Positions 47,351 to 56,469 of a stretch of DNA of 64,000 nt are shown here, in pieces (position 1 is the stretch's first letter; each line of letters begins with the position of its first letter). The position numbers were made by a program, and so were the translations under genes. The DNA lies in contig CAXXLZ010000002.1 in assembly GCA_963675595.2 (NCBI GenBank), positions 4,576,001-4,640,000 on the forward strand, given 5' to 3'. The notes under the pieces are model-generated. The model had not been told where the DNA came from. It saw nothing but the letters and a program-made list of their open reading frames with translations, and did not search any database. Source of the DNA: Thermodesulfobacteriota bacterium. Lineage in GTDB: Bacteria; Desulfobacterota; Desulfarculia; JACQYL01.

Positions 47351-48115
47351 ATGAGCCAAAAGCATATCAAGACGGAACTCAAGAGCGGGCTGGCGACGAT
47401 CACCTTGGATCGTCCGCCTCTGAATGTCCTCAACATCGAGATGATGGAGGAAATCAACGAGGTGCTGGACCGTTTGACGGCAAGTCGCCCCAAGCTGCTG
47501 GTGTTTCGCGCCGAAGGCAAAGCCTTTTCCGCAGGTGTGGACGTGGGAGAGCACGTCGGCGATCTTATGCCCAAGATGATTGATTCTTTTCACGGCATGT
47601 TTCGAAGGATGGATGCTTTGGGTGTTCCGAGCATAGCCGTTGTTCAAGGGGCCGCCTTGGGCGGAGGGTGTGAGTTGGCCGTGTATTGTGATTTGGTCAT
47701 CGCTTCGGCGGCCGCGAAATTCGGCCAACCCGAAATCAAGGTTGGTGTCTTTCCCCCCATTGCCGCCTTGATTTTTCCTCGAATTATGGGGCGAAAAAAG
47801 GCCATGGAACTGATACTCTCGGGAGACGTCGTTTCGGCCGGAGAAGCGGAGCGCCTTGGACTGGTCAACAAAGTGGTGGAGCCGGAATCGCTGTCTTCCG
47901 AGGCGGAAGCTTTTATTGCACGTTTTCTGGCCAACAGCGCCGTGGTGATGCGGCTGACGCGTAAGGCCGTTTTGAACGGACTCGATGAAGATGCCGCAGC
48001 GGCGCTGCAACGCATCGAGGACGTTTACATGGATGAGCTCATGAAGACTCACGACGCGGAAGAAGGTTTGGACGCTTTCATGAACAAACGACCACCGGAA
48101 TGGCGGGACCGCTGA
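47351..48115 (+). CDS. dch: Cyclohexa-1,5-diene-1-carbonyl-CoA hydratase (BamR)
   Basis: Crotonase fold: RPPLNVL, AFSAGVDV.EH, ALGGGCEL, QPEIKVGVFPP; follows had-oah. Confidence 0.85.
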   Translation: MSQKHIKTELKSGLATITLDRPPLNVLNIEMMEEINEVLDRLTASRPKLLVFRAEGKAFSAGVDVGEHVGDLMPKMIDSFHGMFRRMDALGVPSIAVVQGAALGGGCELAVYCDLVIASAAAKFGQPEIKVGVFPPIAALIFPRIMGRKKAMELILSGDVVSAGEAERLGLVNKVVEPESLSSEAEAFIARFLANSAVVMRLTRKAVLNGLDEDAAAALQRIEDVYMDELMKTHDAEEGLDAFMNKRPPEWRDR

Positions 48116-48235
48116 TACGGGGATCGAGTTCGACACGTTGAGTGGGACGGATGATTTCGGGGGTGGAAACGGGTTACCGACATGAGATTCCGTTCTCGTT
48201 GTGTCGGACCTCACCGAACGACACCAAGGGATGCA

Positions 48236-48282
48236 ATCTCATTTTGCCATTCAGAGTCCGTCGGGCAATTGCAAAATGAAAC
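48236..48282. promoter_or_regulatory. Candidate enhancer pair for the second sigma-54 promoter
   Basis: ATCTCATTTTGCCAT (48236-50) and inverted ATTGCAAAATGAAAC (48268-82), 32 bp apart. Confidence 0.5.
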
Positions 48283-48356
48283 CTTATCGAAGGTGTATTG
48301 CCGAATGTCCGTGCCGGAATTTCCCATGGGCTCGTCGGCAAGGGCGAGTGACGAGG

Positions 48357-48373
48357 CCGGCACGGAGCTTGCC
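48357..48373 (+). promoter_or_regulatory. Sigma-54 (-24/-12) promoter
   Basis: CCGGCACGGAGCTTGCC: GG(48359-60)-N10-GC(48371-2), near consensus. Confidence 0.75.
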
Positions 48374-48480
48374 TAGTTGTCATGGGATATCGGGCGGCCC
48401 GGCGCTTCCGTCGGTTCGGCCCGGCGAACAAATCGCATTCACCGCTTGAGCGGAGAAAACAATCAGGGAGTAATATCGAT

Positions 48481-48855
48481 ATGATCAGACTTGCCATACC
48501 TTCGGTTCATCCGGGCGGGCTTGACGCGAATCGGGCCGGCCATTTCGGGCATTGCGACGCTTTCACCATTCTGGAAGTGGATGGTACGGACATTCTCAAA
48601 GTGGAAATTCTCGCCAACCAGGAGCACTCCCAGGGTGGATGTATGGTCCCGGTGAATCTGCTCCGATCCAACAATGTGAACGCAATCATAGTGGGCGGGA
48701 TCGGTATGCGCCCCCTTATGGGATTCCGGCAGGTGGGAATCGATGTATACCATGAGGCGACGGAGCCCCGGATACGACCTGTTGTGGAGCAGTGGCTCGA
48801 AGGCCGTGTGCCTTTGATCTCCGAGGACCAGGTTTGCGGCGGTGCCGCGGGATAA
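48481..48855 (+). CDS. NifB/NifX-family protein
   Basis: LAIPS, GHFGHCDAF, HSQGGC, IVGGIG.RP, terminal CGG. Confidence 0.9.
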   Translation: MIRLAIPSVHPGGLDANRAGHFGHCDAFTILEVDGTDILKVEILANQEHSQGGCMVPVNLLRSNNVNAIIVGGIGMRPLMGFRQVGIDVYHEATEPRIRPVVEQWLEGRVPLISEDQVCGGAAG

Positions 48856-48963
48856 GGCCGGTAAGTGTCAGGATCGAACGAAACTCGTGTTTCCGCGGCG
48901 AGTCCATGTGTATGGCTTCTGTGATCGCGGAGCGCGGGTGGAAGAACAGGGTAAGCGGATATT

Positions 48964-49401
48964 ATGAAAGACGCAGGTGTATTGGGTGCGGATGTGGTGG
49001 AAACCCTTTCGAGGACGGGATATTCCGACAAAGCGATTGAGCTTCTCAGGGACCGGCCCGGCATGGGAACCCTGGAGAACGCGGACCAGGTCACGGAAAT
49101 CGTGGGACCCTGCGGCGATACCATGACGATCTATCTGGCCGTGGATGACGAATGGATCCGGGACGCCCGGATTCAGGTACTCGGTTGCCCCGGTGCCGTG
49201 GCCTCAGGCTGTGCCGTGGTTTCCCTGGCCAGGGGAAAGTCGTTGGAGCAGGCTCGGAACCTCACTTTGGACGACCTCTACGCCGAAGTTCAGAAGCTGC
49301 CGGACAAAAAGGTGCATTGTGCTCGACTGGCCTTGAAGACCCTCCACAAGGCGGTCGAGGAGTACCGGAACAGCCAAGATGAGAAAGGGCGTGAGGAATG
49401 A
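48964..49401 (+). CDS. IscU/NifU-N-like Fe-S scaffold protein
   Basis: GPCGDT, GCPGAVAS, KVHCA (three conserved Cys). Confidence 0.88.
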   Translation: MKDAGVLGADVVETLSRTGYSDKAIELLRDRPGMGTLENADQVTEIVGPCGDTMTIYLAVDDEWIRDARIQVLGCPGAVASGCAVVSLARGKSLEQARNLTLDDLYAEVQKLPDKKVHCARLALKTLHKAVEEYRNSQDEKGREE

Positions 49402-49757
49402 AAATCGCAGTTTCCGCAAAAGGTACGGATTCCGCTTCGCAGGTGGATCCTCGGTTCGGGAGAGCCGCCTACATTCTCGTAGTGGATAGCGAGACCGGTG
49501 AAGTGGAAGTGATAAACAATTCCGAGAACGCGGGAGCCCTTAAGGGGGCCGGCATCCAGGCTGCGGCCCGAGTGGCGGAGAAGGAAGTCAAGGCCCTGTT
49601 GACCGGCCATTGTGGGCCCAATGCCTTTGAGGTTTTGCACAAGGCGGGAGTTCAGGTGGCGAATAACGCCTCCGGTACGGTGAAACAGGCTGTGGAAGAT
49701 TTTTTGAACGGCAAACTCCCCATTGCGGAAAAAGCCGATGTGGAAGGTCACTGGTGA
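49398..49757 (+). CDS. NifB/NifX-family protein (orange-protein-like)
   Basis: MKIAVS, VDPRFGRA, GAGIQAA, LTGHCGPNA, VEGHW. Confidence 0.92.
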   Translation: MKIAVSAKGTDSASQVDPRFGRAAYILVVDSETGEVEVINNSENAGALKGAGIQAAARVAEKEVKALLTGHCGPNAFEVLHKAGVQVANNASGTVKQAVEDFLNGKLPIAEKADVEGHW

Positions 49758-50194
49758 TTGGCAAGAGAGCGGATCAAGAAGAAGCCGGCGCGGGTGTCGG
49801 GGAGGGGATCCAGGTTCTTTTCGTGGAGCCCGATCCTAACGTAAGGGCATGGATGATTCCGGAGTTGGAGTCGCGAGGTTACCTGCTCAAGGTTGCTGAG
49901 AACGGTCCCGAGGCTTTGAGGCTGCTGGAACGGGACACGTTCCATTTGGTTTTTGTTGACGAAAACTTGGAGGGATCACCGGGAAGAGACTTGGTGGTTC
50001 ATATCGTTAGGACGGCTCCCTTCACCTCATGTGCATTCATCTCCGACTTGGACGACTCCACGATCCACGAAGTGATGGAGAGTCTGGGCATTATCGGCCA
50101 CGTGGGAAGAGAAAGGGATGAGCAGACCCTGCTCAGGCTTCTGGACCATTTCGAAAAGGTGTATCAAACAACGATCAGCGCCTCCTCGAATTGA
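49754..50194 (+). CDS. Stand-alone atypical response-regulator receiver
   Basis: VLFVE, ENGPEAL, LVFVDENL...G; the conserved Lys is not evident. Confidence 0.75.
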   Translation: MIGKRADQEEAGAGVGEGIQVLFVEPDPNVRAWMIPELESRGYLLKVAENGPEALRLLERDTFHLVFVDENLEGSPGRDLVVHIVRTAPFTSCAFISDLDDSTIHEVMESLGIIGHVGRERDEQTLLRLLDHFEKVYQTTISASSN

Positions 50195-50332
50195 TGGAGC
50201 TTACTCTGCCGATCGGCATGATCGACCATCCGGTCGGCAAAGGCGCTTTATAGGTTATTTCCGATGACCTGGAGAGATGAACGGATAAATATTTCCCCCC
50301 GGGTTGCGATGCGGTTATCCGTGGAGTTTGGT

Positions 50333-50842
50333 TCAGCGCCTTCCGAATCCGATCCGTTTCATCTCTTTTTCGGAATCCTTCCACCACTCGTTCAGTCGAT
50401 CAATGAACTCCTGCGGAGCCGGTCGCTCTCCATGCAGTATCTTGCGTAATTCGTGAACGCTGTCGGCTCCCATAATTCCGGGAAGCTCGTTGATGGACAC
50501 GCCTATGTAGTTCCCCCGCGAGAAAATTTCTCTGAAAAGCGATCGATCATGAATAAACTCACCTCCGGCCAGTCTCAGCAGAGGAGCGGGCTCCACGTTT
50601 TCCGCGGTGGGCGCGGCTTCCGTCTCCGCCCCGGGGCCGGGGTTAGGCGTCCCATCCTGCATGAGATTTGACGTTTCCTCTTCACGTTCCCATTTCAGAA
50701 TTCTCTCGAAGTCCGCCGTAGGCACCAGCACAGCCGCGTCTTTCCCCCTGCGGTGAATGACCACTCGTTGACCCGCGTAGGCGACTCGATTCAGAATATC
50801 CGCTAGGTTTTCCCTAAGTTTTCCAGCACTCATGCGTTCCAT
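50333..50842 (-). CDS. Phd/YefM-antitoxin-domain protein with C-terminal extension
   Basis: LRENLADILNRV...VVIHRRGKDAAVLVP..DFE; SD AGGAGG before ATG 50842. Confidence 0.75.
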   Translation of the reverse strand: MERMSAGKLRENLADILNRVAYAGQRVVIHRRGKDAAVLVPTADFERILKWEREEETSNLMQDGTPNPGPGAETEAAPTAENVEPAPLLRLAGGEFIHDRSLFREIFSRGNYIGVSINELPGIMGADSVHELRKILHGERPAPQEFIDRLNEWWKDSEKEMKRIGFGRR

Positions 50843-51173
50843 GAATCCCGCCTCCTTTCTTTCATGAAGTACCATAGTGCCGAGAAGCGCACTGTCAAGG
50901 GGATTCAGAACGAGAAGAGGAATTTAGGACGAATATCTTCCAGGGGCGGCGTAACAATATCCAGAGAAAGGGCTAAGACGAAATTTGAAAAATATATAAG
51001 ATATTTGGTATTCTTATTTAACTGTTTGATTTTTCCAGCGGTTTGAATTGAACTTGAAGCAGCTTCGGGAAGACGGGCGGACTTTCCTGCCCGGGCGGAG
51101 GGCTCGGTTTTTCCTCTGAACCGAGAAAGATTGCGGGTGTTTAAAACGGGAAAACCGTAAAGGGATTCTCAAA

Positions 51174-53102
51174 ATGCGACATACCGTCCTGGTGGTGGAC
51201 AACCACCGGATTATGCTGCAGTTCATGGCCAATTTACTAGAGCGCCAAGGTTGCAGGGTTCTCACGGCCGAGAACGGATTGGCGGCTCTGGATATCTTGG
51301 ACGTGGAGAAGCCGGACGTCATGTTCGTGGACTTGGTGATGCCCAACATCACCGGTCAGAAACTGTGCCGGATAATTCGGAAGATTCCTCAATTCAATGA
51401 TGTGTTCATTGTGGTGCTTTCCGCCATAGCTGCCGAAGAAACCCGTCACTTTTCGGAGTTCGGGGCCGATGCGTGCATAGCCAAAGGACCCTTCGATGTC
51501 ATGTCCGGACACGTGCTGCGCGTCCTCAAACGTCTTGAAATGCCCGCACCCAAAATCGTCGATAACGAGGTTGTAGGCTTGGACTCCGTTCATCCTCGTG
51601 AGATCACCAAGGAACTGCTGGCGGTGAATCGGCACTTCGAGGAAATCTTGGACCGCATGTGCGAGGGCATTCTGGAAATCAACGAGGAGGGTAGAATCAT
51701 CTATGCCAGTTCCGTTGCCGTCGCGTTGATCGGGTTACCCGAGGAGAAACTGCTGGGCGCCCGGTTTCTGGATCTGGTGAGAGAGCGGGACAGAGGTAAT
51801 GTATTGGAAGTTTTCATCAATCCCGGCGAGTCCGTTCGTACTCTGGGAGAAGACGAACCCGTTGAGGTGGCGGGAAAACCGGTAATCATCAAGACTCTTC
51901 CCATGGGATTTCAAGAGGGGCGCAGTGTCGCCATTCTCCATGACATGAGTGAGCGTAGACGGATAGAGGAACGGCTGCGTCGGGCCCAAAAAATGGAAGC
52001 CGTGGGAACGCTTGCAGCAGGCATCGCGCACGGTTTCAACAACCTCCTCACGGGGATTCAGGGAAACGCTTCTCTGATGTTGCTCAGCGTGGGGTCCGAC
52101 GATCCGAACTACGTCAGGCTGAAAAACATCGAGAATCAGGTGCAAAGAGCCGCCGGCATGGTGAACCAACTGCTGGGATACGCGAGAAAAGGGCGGTACG
52201 AAGTGCGACCTTTGGACCTGAATGCCGTCGTATCGGAGGTTATCACGACGTTTGCCGAGGATCACCCGGGAATCGAGGTTGAGTCGAAATTATCTCCGGA
52301 TCTGCTTCTCGTGGAAGCGGACAAAGACCAGCTGAAGCAGGTGTTGGTGAACCTTTGCAGCAACGCCTATCAAGCCATGCCCCAGGGGGGGAGAATCTCG
52401 GCGGAAACAAGAAACGTGGCACAGCAGGATATCGATTGCGTGGCGGAGGACGTCTGTGGCCGTGAATTCGTCCTCTTGACCTTTTCGGACACCGGCGCCG
52501 GCATGGATGACGAGACTCGTGAGCGTGTTTTCGACCCCTTCTTCACCACGCGGAAAATCGGGTGGGAAGCGGGCATCGGGCTGGCCTCCATTTATGGGAT
52601 CATTGCCGCGCACAAAGGCTTTGTGGAAGTGGATTCGGAACCCGGATCGGGTACCAGCTTCCGGGTTTATCTGCCCTCTTGCCGGGCCGCCCGGAAGGAG
52701 AGTTCAAGACGGGAGAAGCCCGCCGAAGGGACGGGCAGGATGCGGACGGTTCTTCTGGTGGATGACGACGAAGTGGTTCTGGATGTGGCGGGAGATATGC
52801 TCAAGGCCTTGGGGTACCGTGTACTCTGCGCGCGGGACGGCCTTGAGGCGGTGAATGTGTATTCTCGGGATCCCCGCGAAGTGGACCTTGTCATGATGGA
52901 CATGGTGATGCCCAATATGGGTGGAGGCGAGGCCTTCGATCGAATTCGCCGGATCGATCCCACGGCCAAGGTGCTTCTGTGCAGCGGATACAGCTCCGAA
53001 GGGGAAGCAACGGACATTTTGGCTCGGGGATGCAACGGCTTCATCCAGAAACCGTTTGATCTGGAGAAATTGTCGGGAACGATCAATCAGATTCTGGAAT
53101 AA
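51174..53102 (+). CDS. Hybrid sensor kinase (REC-PAS-HisKA-HATPase-REC)
   Basis: VDLVMP; QKMEAVGTLAAGIAHGFNNLL; NAYQAM; DTGAGM; FDPFFTT; MDMVMP; QKPF. Confidence 0.93.
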   Translation: MRHTVLVVDNHRIMLQFMANLLERQGCRVLTAENGLAALDILDVEKPDVMFVDLVMPNITGQKLCRIIRKIPQFNDVFIVVLSAIAAEETRHFSEFGADACIAKGPFDVMSGHVLRVLKRLEMPAPKIVDNEVVGLDSVHPREITKELLAVNRHFEEILDRMCEGILEINEEGRIIYASSVAVALIGLPEEKLLGARFLDLVRERDRGNVLEVFINPGESVRTLGEDEPVEVAGKPVIIKTLPMGFQEGRSVAILHDMSERRRIEERLRRAQKMEAVGTLAAGIAHGFNNLLTGIQGNASLMLLSVGSDDPNYVRLKNIENQVQRAAGMVNQLLGYARKGRYEVRPLDLNAVVSEVITTFAEDHPGIEVESKLSPDLLLVEADKDQLKQVLVNLCSNAYQAMPQGGRISAETRNVAQQDIDCVAEDVCGREFVLLTFSDTGAGMDDETRERVFDPFFTTRKIGWEAGIGLASIYGIIAAHKGFVEVDSEPGSGTSFRVYLPSCRAARKESSRREKPAEGTGRMRTVLLVDDDEVVLDVAGDMLKALGYRVLCARDGLEAVNVYSRDPREVDLVMMDMVMPNMGGGEAFDRIRRIDPTAKVLLCSGYSSEGEATDILARGCNGFIQKPFDLEKLSGTINQILE

Positions 53103-53199
53103 CACCAAGGGGGTGGAGTCACGGTCGAGACGAAACGGATCGTCGCAGGTTCGATCTTACGGATGCCCGAAGTTTCTATGAGCGTATGTCATTCCAGTC

Positions 53200-54153
53200 A
53201 TGACCGATGCCATGTTTGATGTCGATGTTCTTTGTGTCGGACACGCGTCCTACGACGTGTCCATGCTGCTTGACCACCATCCCGAACCCGACGAGAAATG
53301 CATCGCGGTTTCCTTGTTGGCCTGTGGAGGCGGACCCGCAGCCAATGCCGCCGTGACCGTGGCCAGACTCGGCGGAACCAGCGCGTTCATGGGATACCTT
53401 GGACTTGCAGGCTATGGCCGGTCGCACTTTGAGGAACTCATGAAAGAGGGCGTCCGCACGGATCTCATAGTGAGAGGAGATGCGGATATCCCGTTTTCGG
53501 TGATCCTGGCCAAAAAGAGCGGCGACCGGACCGTGGTGAACCATCGAAGTCGTACTCCGGTTCTGGCGAGGGATGCGGTCGACTTTTCCCTGTGTCGGCC
53601 TCGTGTCGTTCTGCTGGACGGGCATGAACCGGAGCTGTCCCTGGAGTTGGCGATTGAAGCCGGGGAACGAGGAATCCCCGTTGTGCTGGATGCCGGGTCG
53701 GTTCACGAGGGCACGCGCCGTCTCCTTTCCAAGGCAGGCGTTATCGCGGCGTCCGCTCGTTTCGCCGAGGACTTTACCGGCGAATCCGATCCGATGCGCG
53801 CTCTCGGAAACCTTGCAGCCATAAGTCCCCTGTGCGTGATCACATTGGGGCGGGAGGGGCTCGTCTATCGACGAGGAAATGAGAGCGGGCGAATCCCCGC
53901 CTTTCCCGTAGATGTGGTGGACACGACGGGAGCGGGAGATGCGTTTCATGGGGCATTTTCCCTGAGTATCGCCCGAGGGGAACCTGTCCGGAGGGCCCTC
54001 CTGAAGGCGAACGCCGTTGGCGCGCTTTGCTGCACCAAACTCGGTGCCCGTCCGGGAATCCCCCATCGTGAGGAGGTGGAGCGTTTTCTTCGCGAAAGGA
54101 GGGATTCGATCCCATCGTCCGAAGATTCCATGGACGATCCATTGACCGAGTAG
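53200..54153 (+). CDS. PfkB-family carbohydrate kinase
   Basis: GGGPAANAA...ARLG, TLGREG, DTTGAGDAFHG. Confidence 0.92.
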   Translation: MTDAMFDVDVLCVGHASYDVSMLLDHHPEPDEKCIAVSLLACGGGPAANAAVTVARLGGTSAFMGYLGLAGYGRSHFEELMKEGVRTDLIVRGDADIPFSVILAKKSGDRTVVNHRSRTPVLARDAVDFSLCRPRVVLLDGHEPELSLELAIEAGERGIPVVLDAGSVHEGTRRLLSKAGVIAASARFAEDFTGESDPMRALGNLAAISPLCVITLGREGLVYRRGNESGRIPAFPVDVVDTTGAGDAFHGAFSLSIARGEPVRRALLKANAVGALCCTKLGARPGIPHREEVERFLRERRDSIPSSEDSMDDPLTE

Positions 54154-54206
54154 GGTTTTTTGTCGCGTAGTATGGGAAAAACACTTTTTGAGGTAAGGAG
54201 TTCGAA

Positions 54207-54530
54207 ATGTCCGATAGGCCCCTGCCCAAATGGTTTGAAACGGTCAAGTCTCGTCACCCGAAAGTGATTCAGGCGGTGGACGCTTTAGGGGAAGCCGTTC
54301 GTGCCGAAGGTCCTTTGGATGAGAAGACGGTCGAGTTGATTCAGCTTGCCGCAGCCGCCGTGCTTCGTTCCGAAGGCGCGGTCCACAGTCACGCTCGAAG
54401 GGCTTTGGAGGCGGGTGCGACCATGGACGAAGTCCGCCATGCCCTGATCCTGCTTACGGGTACCATCGGGTTTCCCACGGTTTCCGCGGCGCTGAGCTGG
54501 ATCGAAGACGTGGCTAAGAAGACCCGATGA
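54207..54530 (+). CDS. Carboxymuconolactone decarboxylase (AhpD-like) family protein
   Basis: GPLDEKT.ELI.L, SEGAVHSH..RA...GA, TIGFP. Confidence 0.88.
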   Translation: MSDRPLPKWFETVKSRHPKVIQAVDALGEAVRAEGPLDEKTVELIQLAAAAVLRSEGAVHSHARRALEAGATMDEVRHALILLTGTIGFPTVSAALSWIEDVAKKTR

Positions 54531-54581
54531 AGATTCCGCGTTTCCCCAACGCACCCTCAATTGAAGTGAGTCGATCGATCC

Positions 54582-56387
54582 GTGCCGCCTGAGTTCAGTC
54601 TCGATATGGCTCTAGTCCTGGGCCTGATCGCCGTCGCGGTTTTCCTGTTTGTGGTGGAATGGGTCCGCGTCGACGTGGTGGCCGTCCTCATGATGGTTTC
54701 GTTACCATTGCTGGGGTTGGTGACCCCGTCGGAGGCCTTCAGAGGCCTGAGCAGCAATGCGGTGGTTTCGATTTTGGCGGTCATCATTATCGGCGAAGGG
54801 CTCGACAAAACGGGACTGGTCAACCGCCTGGCGGCGCCCATTGTCCGTCTCGGTCGAGGAAAGCCGTCTCGTATCACCATCTTGGTATCCGCCACCGTCG
54901 CCGTGATCTCCAGCTTCATGCAGAACATCGGCGCGGCGGCGCTCTTCCTTCCGGCGCTCCAGCGCATCAGCGAACGTTTGAGCGTTCCTCTGTCACGTCT
55001 CCTCATGCCGGTAGGCTTCTCCGCTATTTTGGGCGGTACCGTTACCCTGGTGGGCTCCAGCCCGTTGATCCTCCTCAACGACCTCGTCCGCCCCTTCGGC
55101 ATCGAACCCTTCACCTTGTTCGAAGTCACCCCCGTGGGGCTGGTTCTAGTGGCTGCCGGGATTCTGTACTTCGTTCTTTTAGGCGGTTACGTGCTTCCCG
55201 ATACTCGAGGCGAGGGTGTCGCCGATGAGCCGGGCATTCGAAAATCGGCGCACATGTACTGCCAGATGGGCAAGCTGTTCGAACTCAAAGTCGGTGAGAG
55301 CAGGGTGTCGCCCCTGGCGGTTTCCTCGTTGTCGGAACGCCATCCCGTTTCCGTACTGGGAGTTTCCAAGACCACGGATCGAGTGATAGCATCGTCCCCG
55401 CAGGCCGAGGTGTTGCGGCCCGGAGATGAGCTGGTGGTGCACGGTCTGGCTGAAGACGTCTACCGTATGGCCGAGGAATACCTGATGGAGGTGAAGGAAA
55501 GCCTCGAACGGTTCGGAGGCGATTTGTGCCCCGACGTTCCCGGGACGGCCGAGGCCGTAATCCCCCCCAATTCCCTCATGGTGGGAAAAACTTTGGGGGA
55601 TATGAACTTCCGTGAGAGATACGGCGTGCGTCCCATCGCGCTGCACCGCGGCGAGAAGGTTTTCTACTCGGGGGTCAGCCGAATGTCGCTGCGGGAAGGG
55701 GACGTGCTGGTGCTTGACGGTTCTTGGGAGCGTCTGCACATCCTTCAGAAACAGGAAAAGCTGATTTTCAACACACCCCTGACTGCCGCCGGAGGAGATC
55801 GGAAGAAGGCGTTACTCGCGGGTTTCTGGTTCTTTGCGGCGCTGTTCCTGGTCATCGTGCTTCACGTTCAGCTCTCCGTCAGCCTCATGACCGGCGCTTT
55901 GGGCATGGTGGTTACACGGGTGCTTTCCATGGACGAAGCCTACCGCAGCGTGGATTGGAGGACCGTGTTCCTGCTCGGAGGATTGATCCCCTTGAGCACG
56001 GCCTGTGAGAAGAGCGGTGCGGCGGCCTGGATTGCGCATCAGTCCCTCACCGTTATGGGCGATGTTGCTCCCGTAGTGTTTCTCACTCTGACGGCGGTAC
56101 TCACAACCGCCTTCTCATTGGTGATCTCCAACGTAGGGGCCACGGTGCTGCTCGTGCCCCTGATCATAAACGTGGCCGCTCAGGCGGGTGCGGACCCCCG
56201 TACGGCGGCGTTGGTGGTGGGCCTTGCAGCCTCCAATTCCTTTACCCTCCCGACCCATCAGGTCAATGCTCTCTACATGAGCGCCGGACGGTATCGCAGT
56301 ATCGACTTCCTTCGAGCGGGCAGCATCATGACGGTGATTTTCATCGTCGTACTCATCGGCGCCATGACCCTGTTTTTCGGGGCGTGA
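54582..56387 (+). CDS. SLC13/CitMHS-type permease with TrkA-C domains
   Basis: SSFMQNIGA, SRLLMP, LGGT.TLVGS, ISNVGAT, PTHQVNAL. Confidence 0.9.
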   Translation: MPPEFSLDMALVLGLIAVAVFLFVVEWVRVDVVAVLMMVSLPLLGLVTPSEAFRGLSSNAVVSILAVIIIGEGLDKTGLVNRLAAPIVRLGRGKPSRITILVSATVAVISSFMQNIGAAALFLPALQRISERLSVPLSRLLMPVGFSAILGGTVTLVGSSPLILLNDLVRPFGIEPFTLFEVTPVGLVLVAAGILYFVLLGGYVLPDTRGEGVADEPGIRKSAHMYCQMGKLFELKVGESRVSPLAVSSLSERHPVSVLGVSKTTDRVIASSPQAEVLRPGDELVVHGLAEDVYRMAEEYLMEVKESLERFGGDLCPDVPGTAEAVIPPNSLMVGKTLGDMNFRERYGVRPIALHRGEKVFYSGVSRMSLREGDVLVLDGSWERLHILQKQEKLIFNTPLTAAGGDRKKALLAGFWFFAALFLVIVLHVQLSVSLMTGALGMVVTRVLSMDEAYRSVDWRTVFLLGGLIPLSTACEKSGAAAWIAHQSLTVMGDVAPVVFLTLTAVLTTAFSLVISNVGATVLLVPLIINVAAQAGADPRTAALVVGLAASNSFTLPTHQVNALYMSAGRYRSIDFLRAGSIMTVIFIVVLIGAMTLFFGA

Positions 56388-56469
56388 GGAGAGGGGAAAC
56401 CGGCGTTTCGTATCCGCCCCCCTTGTCGGAAAACAAACCGTCGCAGGTGAGGTTGCCGTCCGAAACGCC

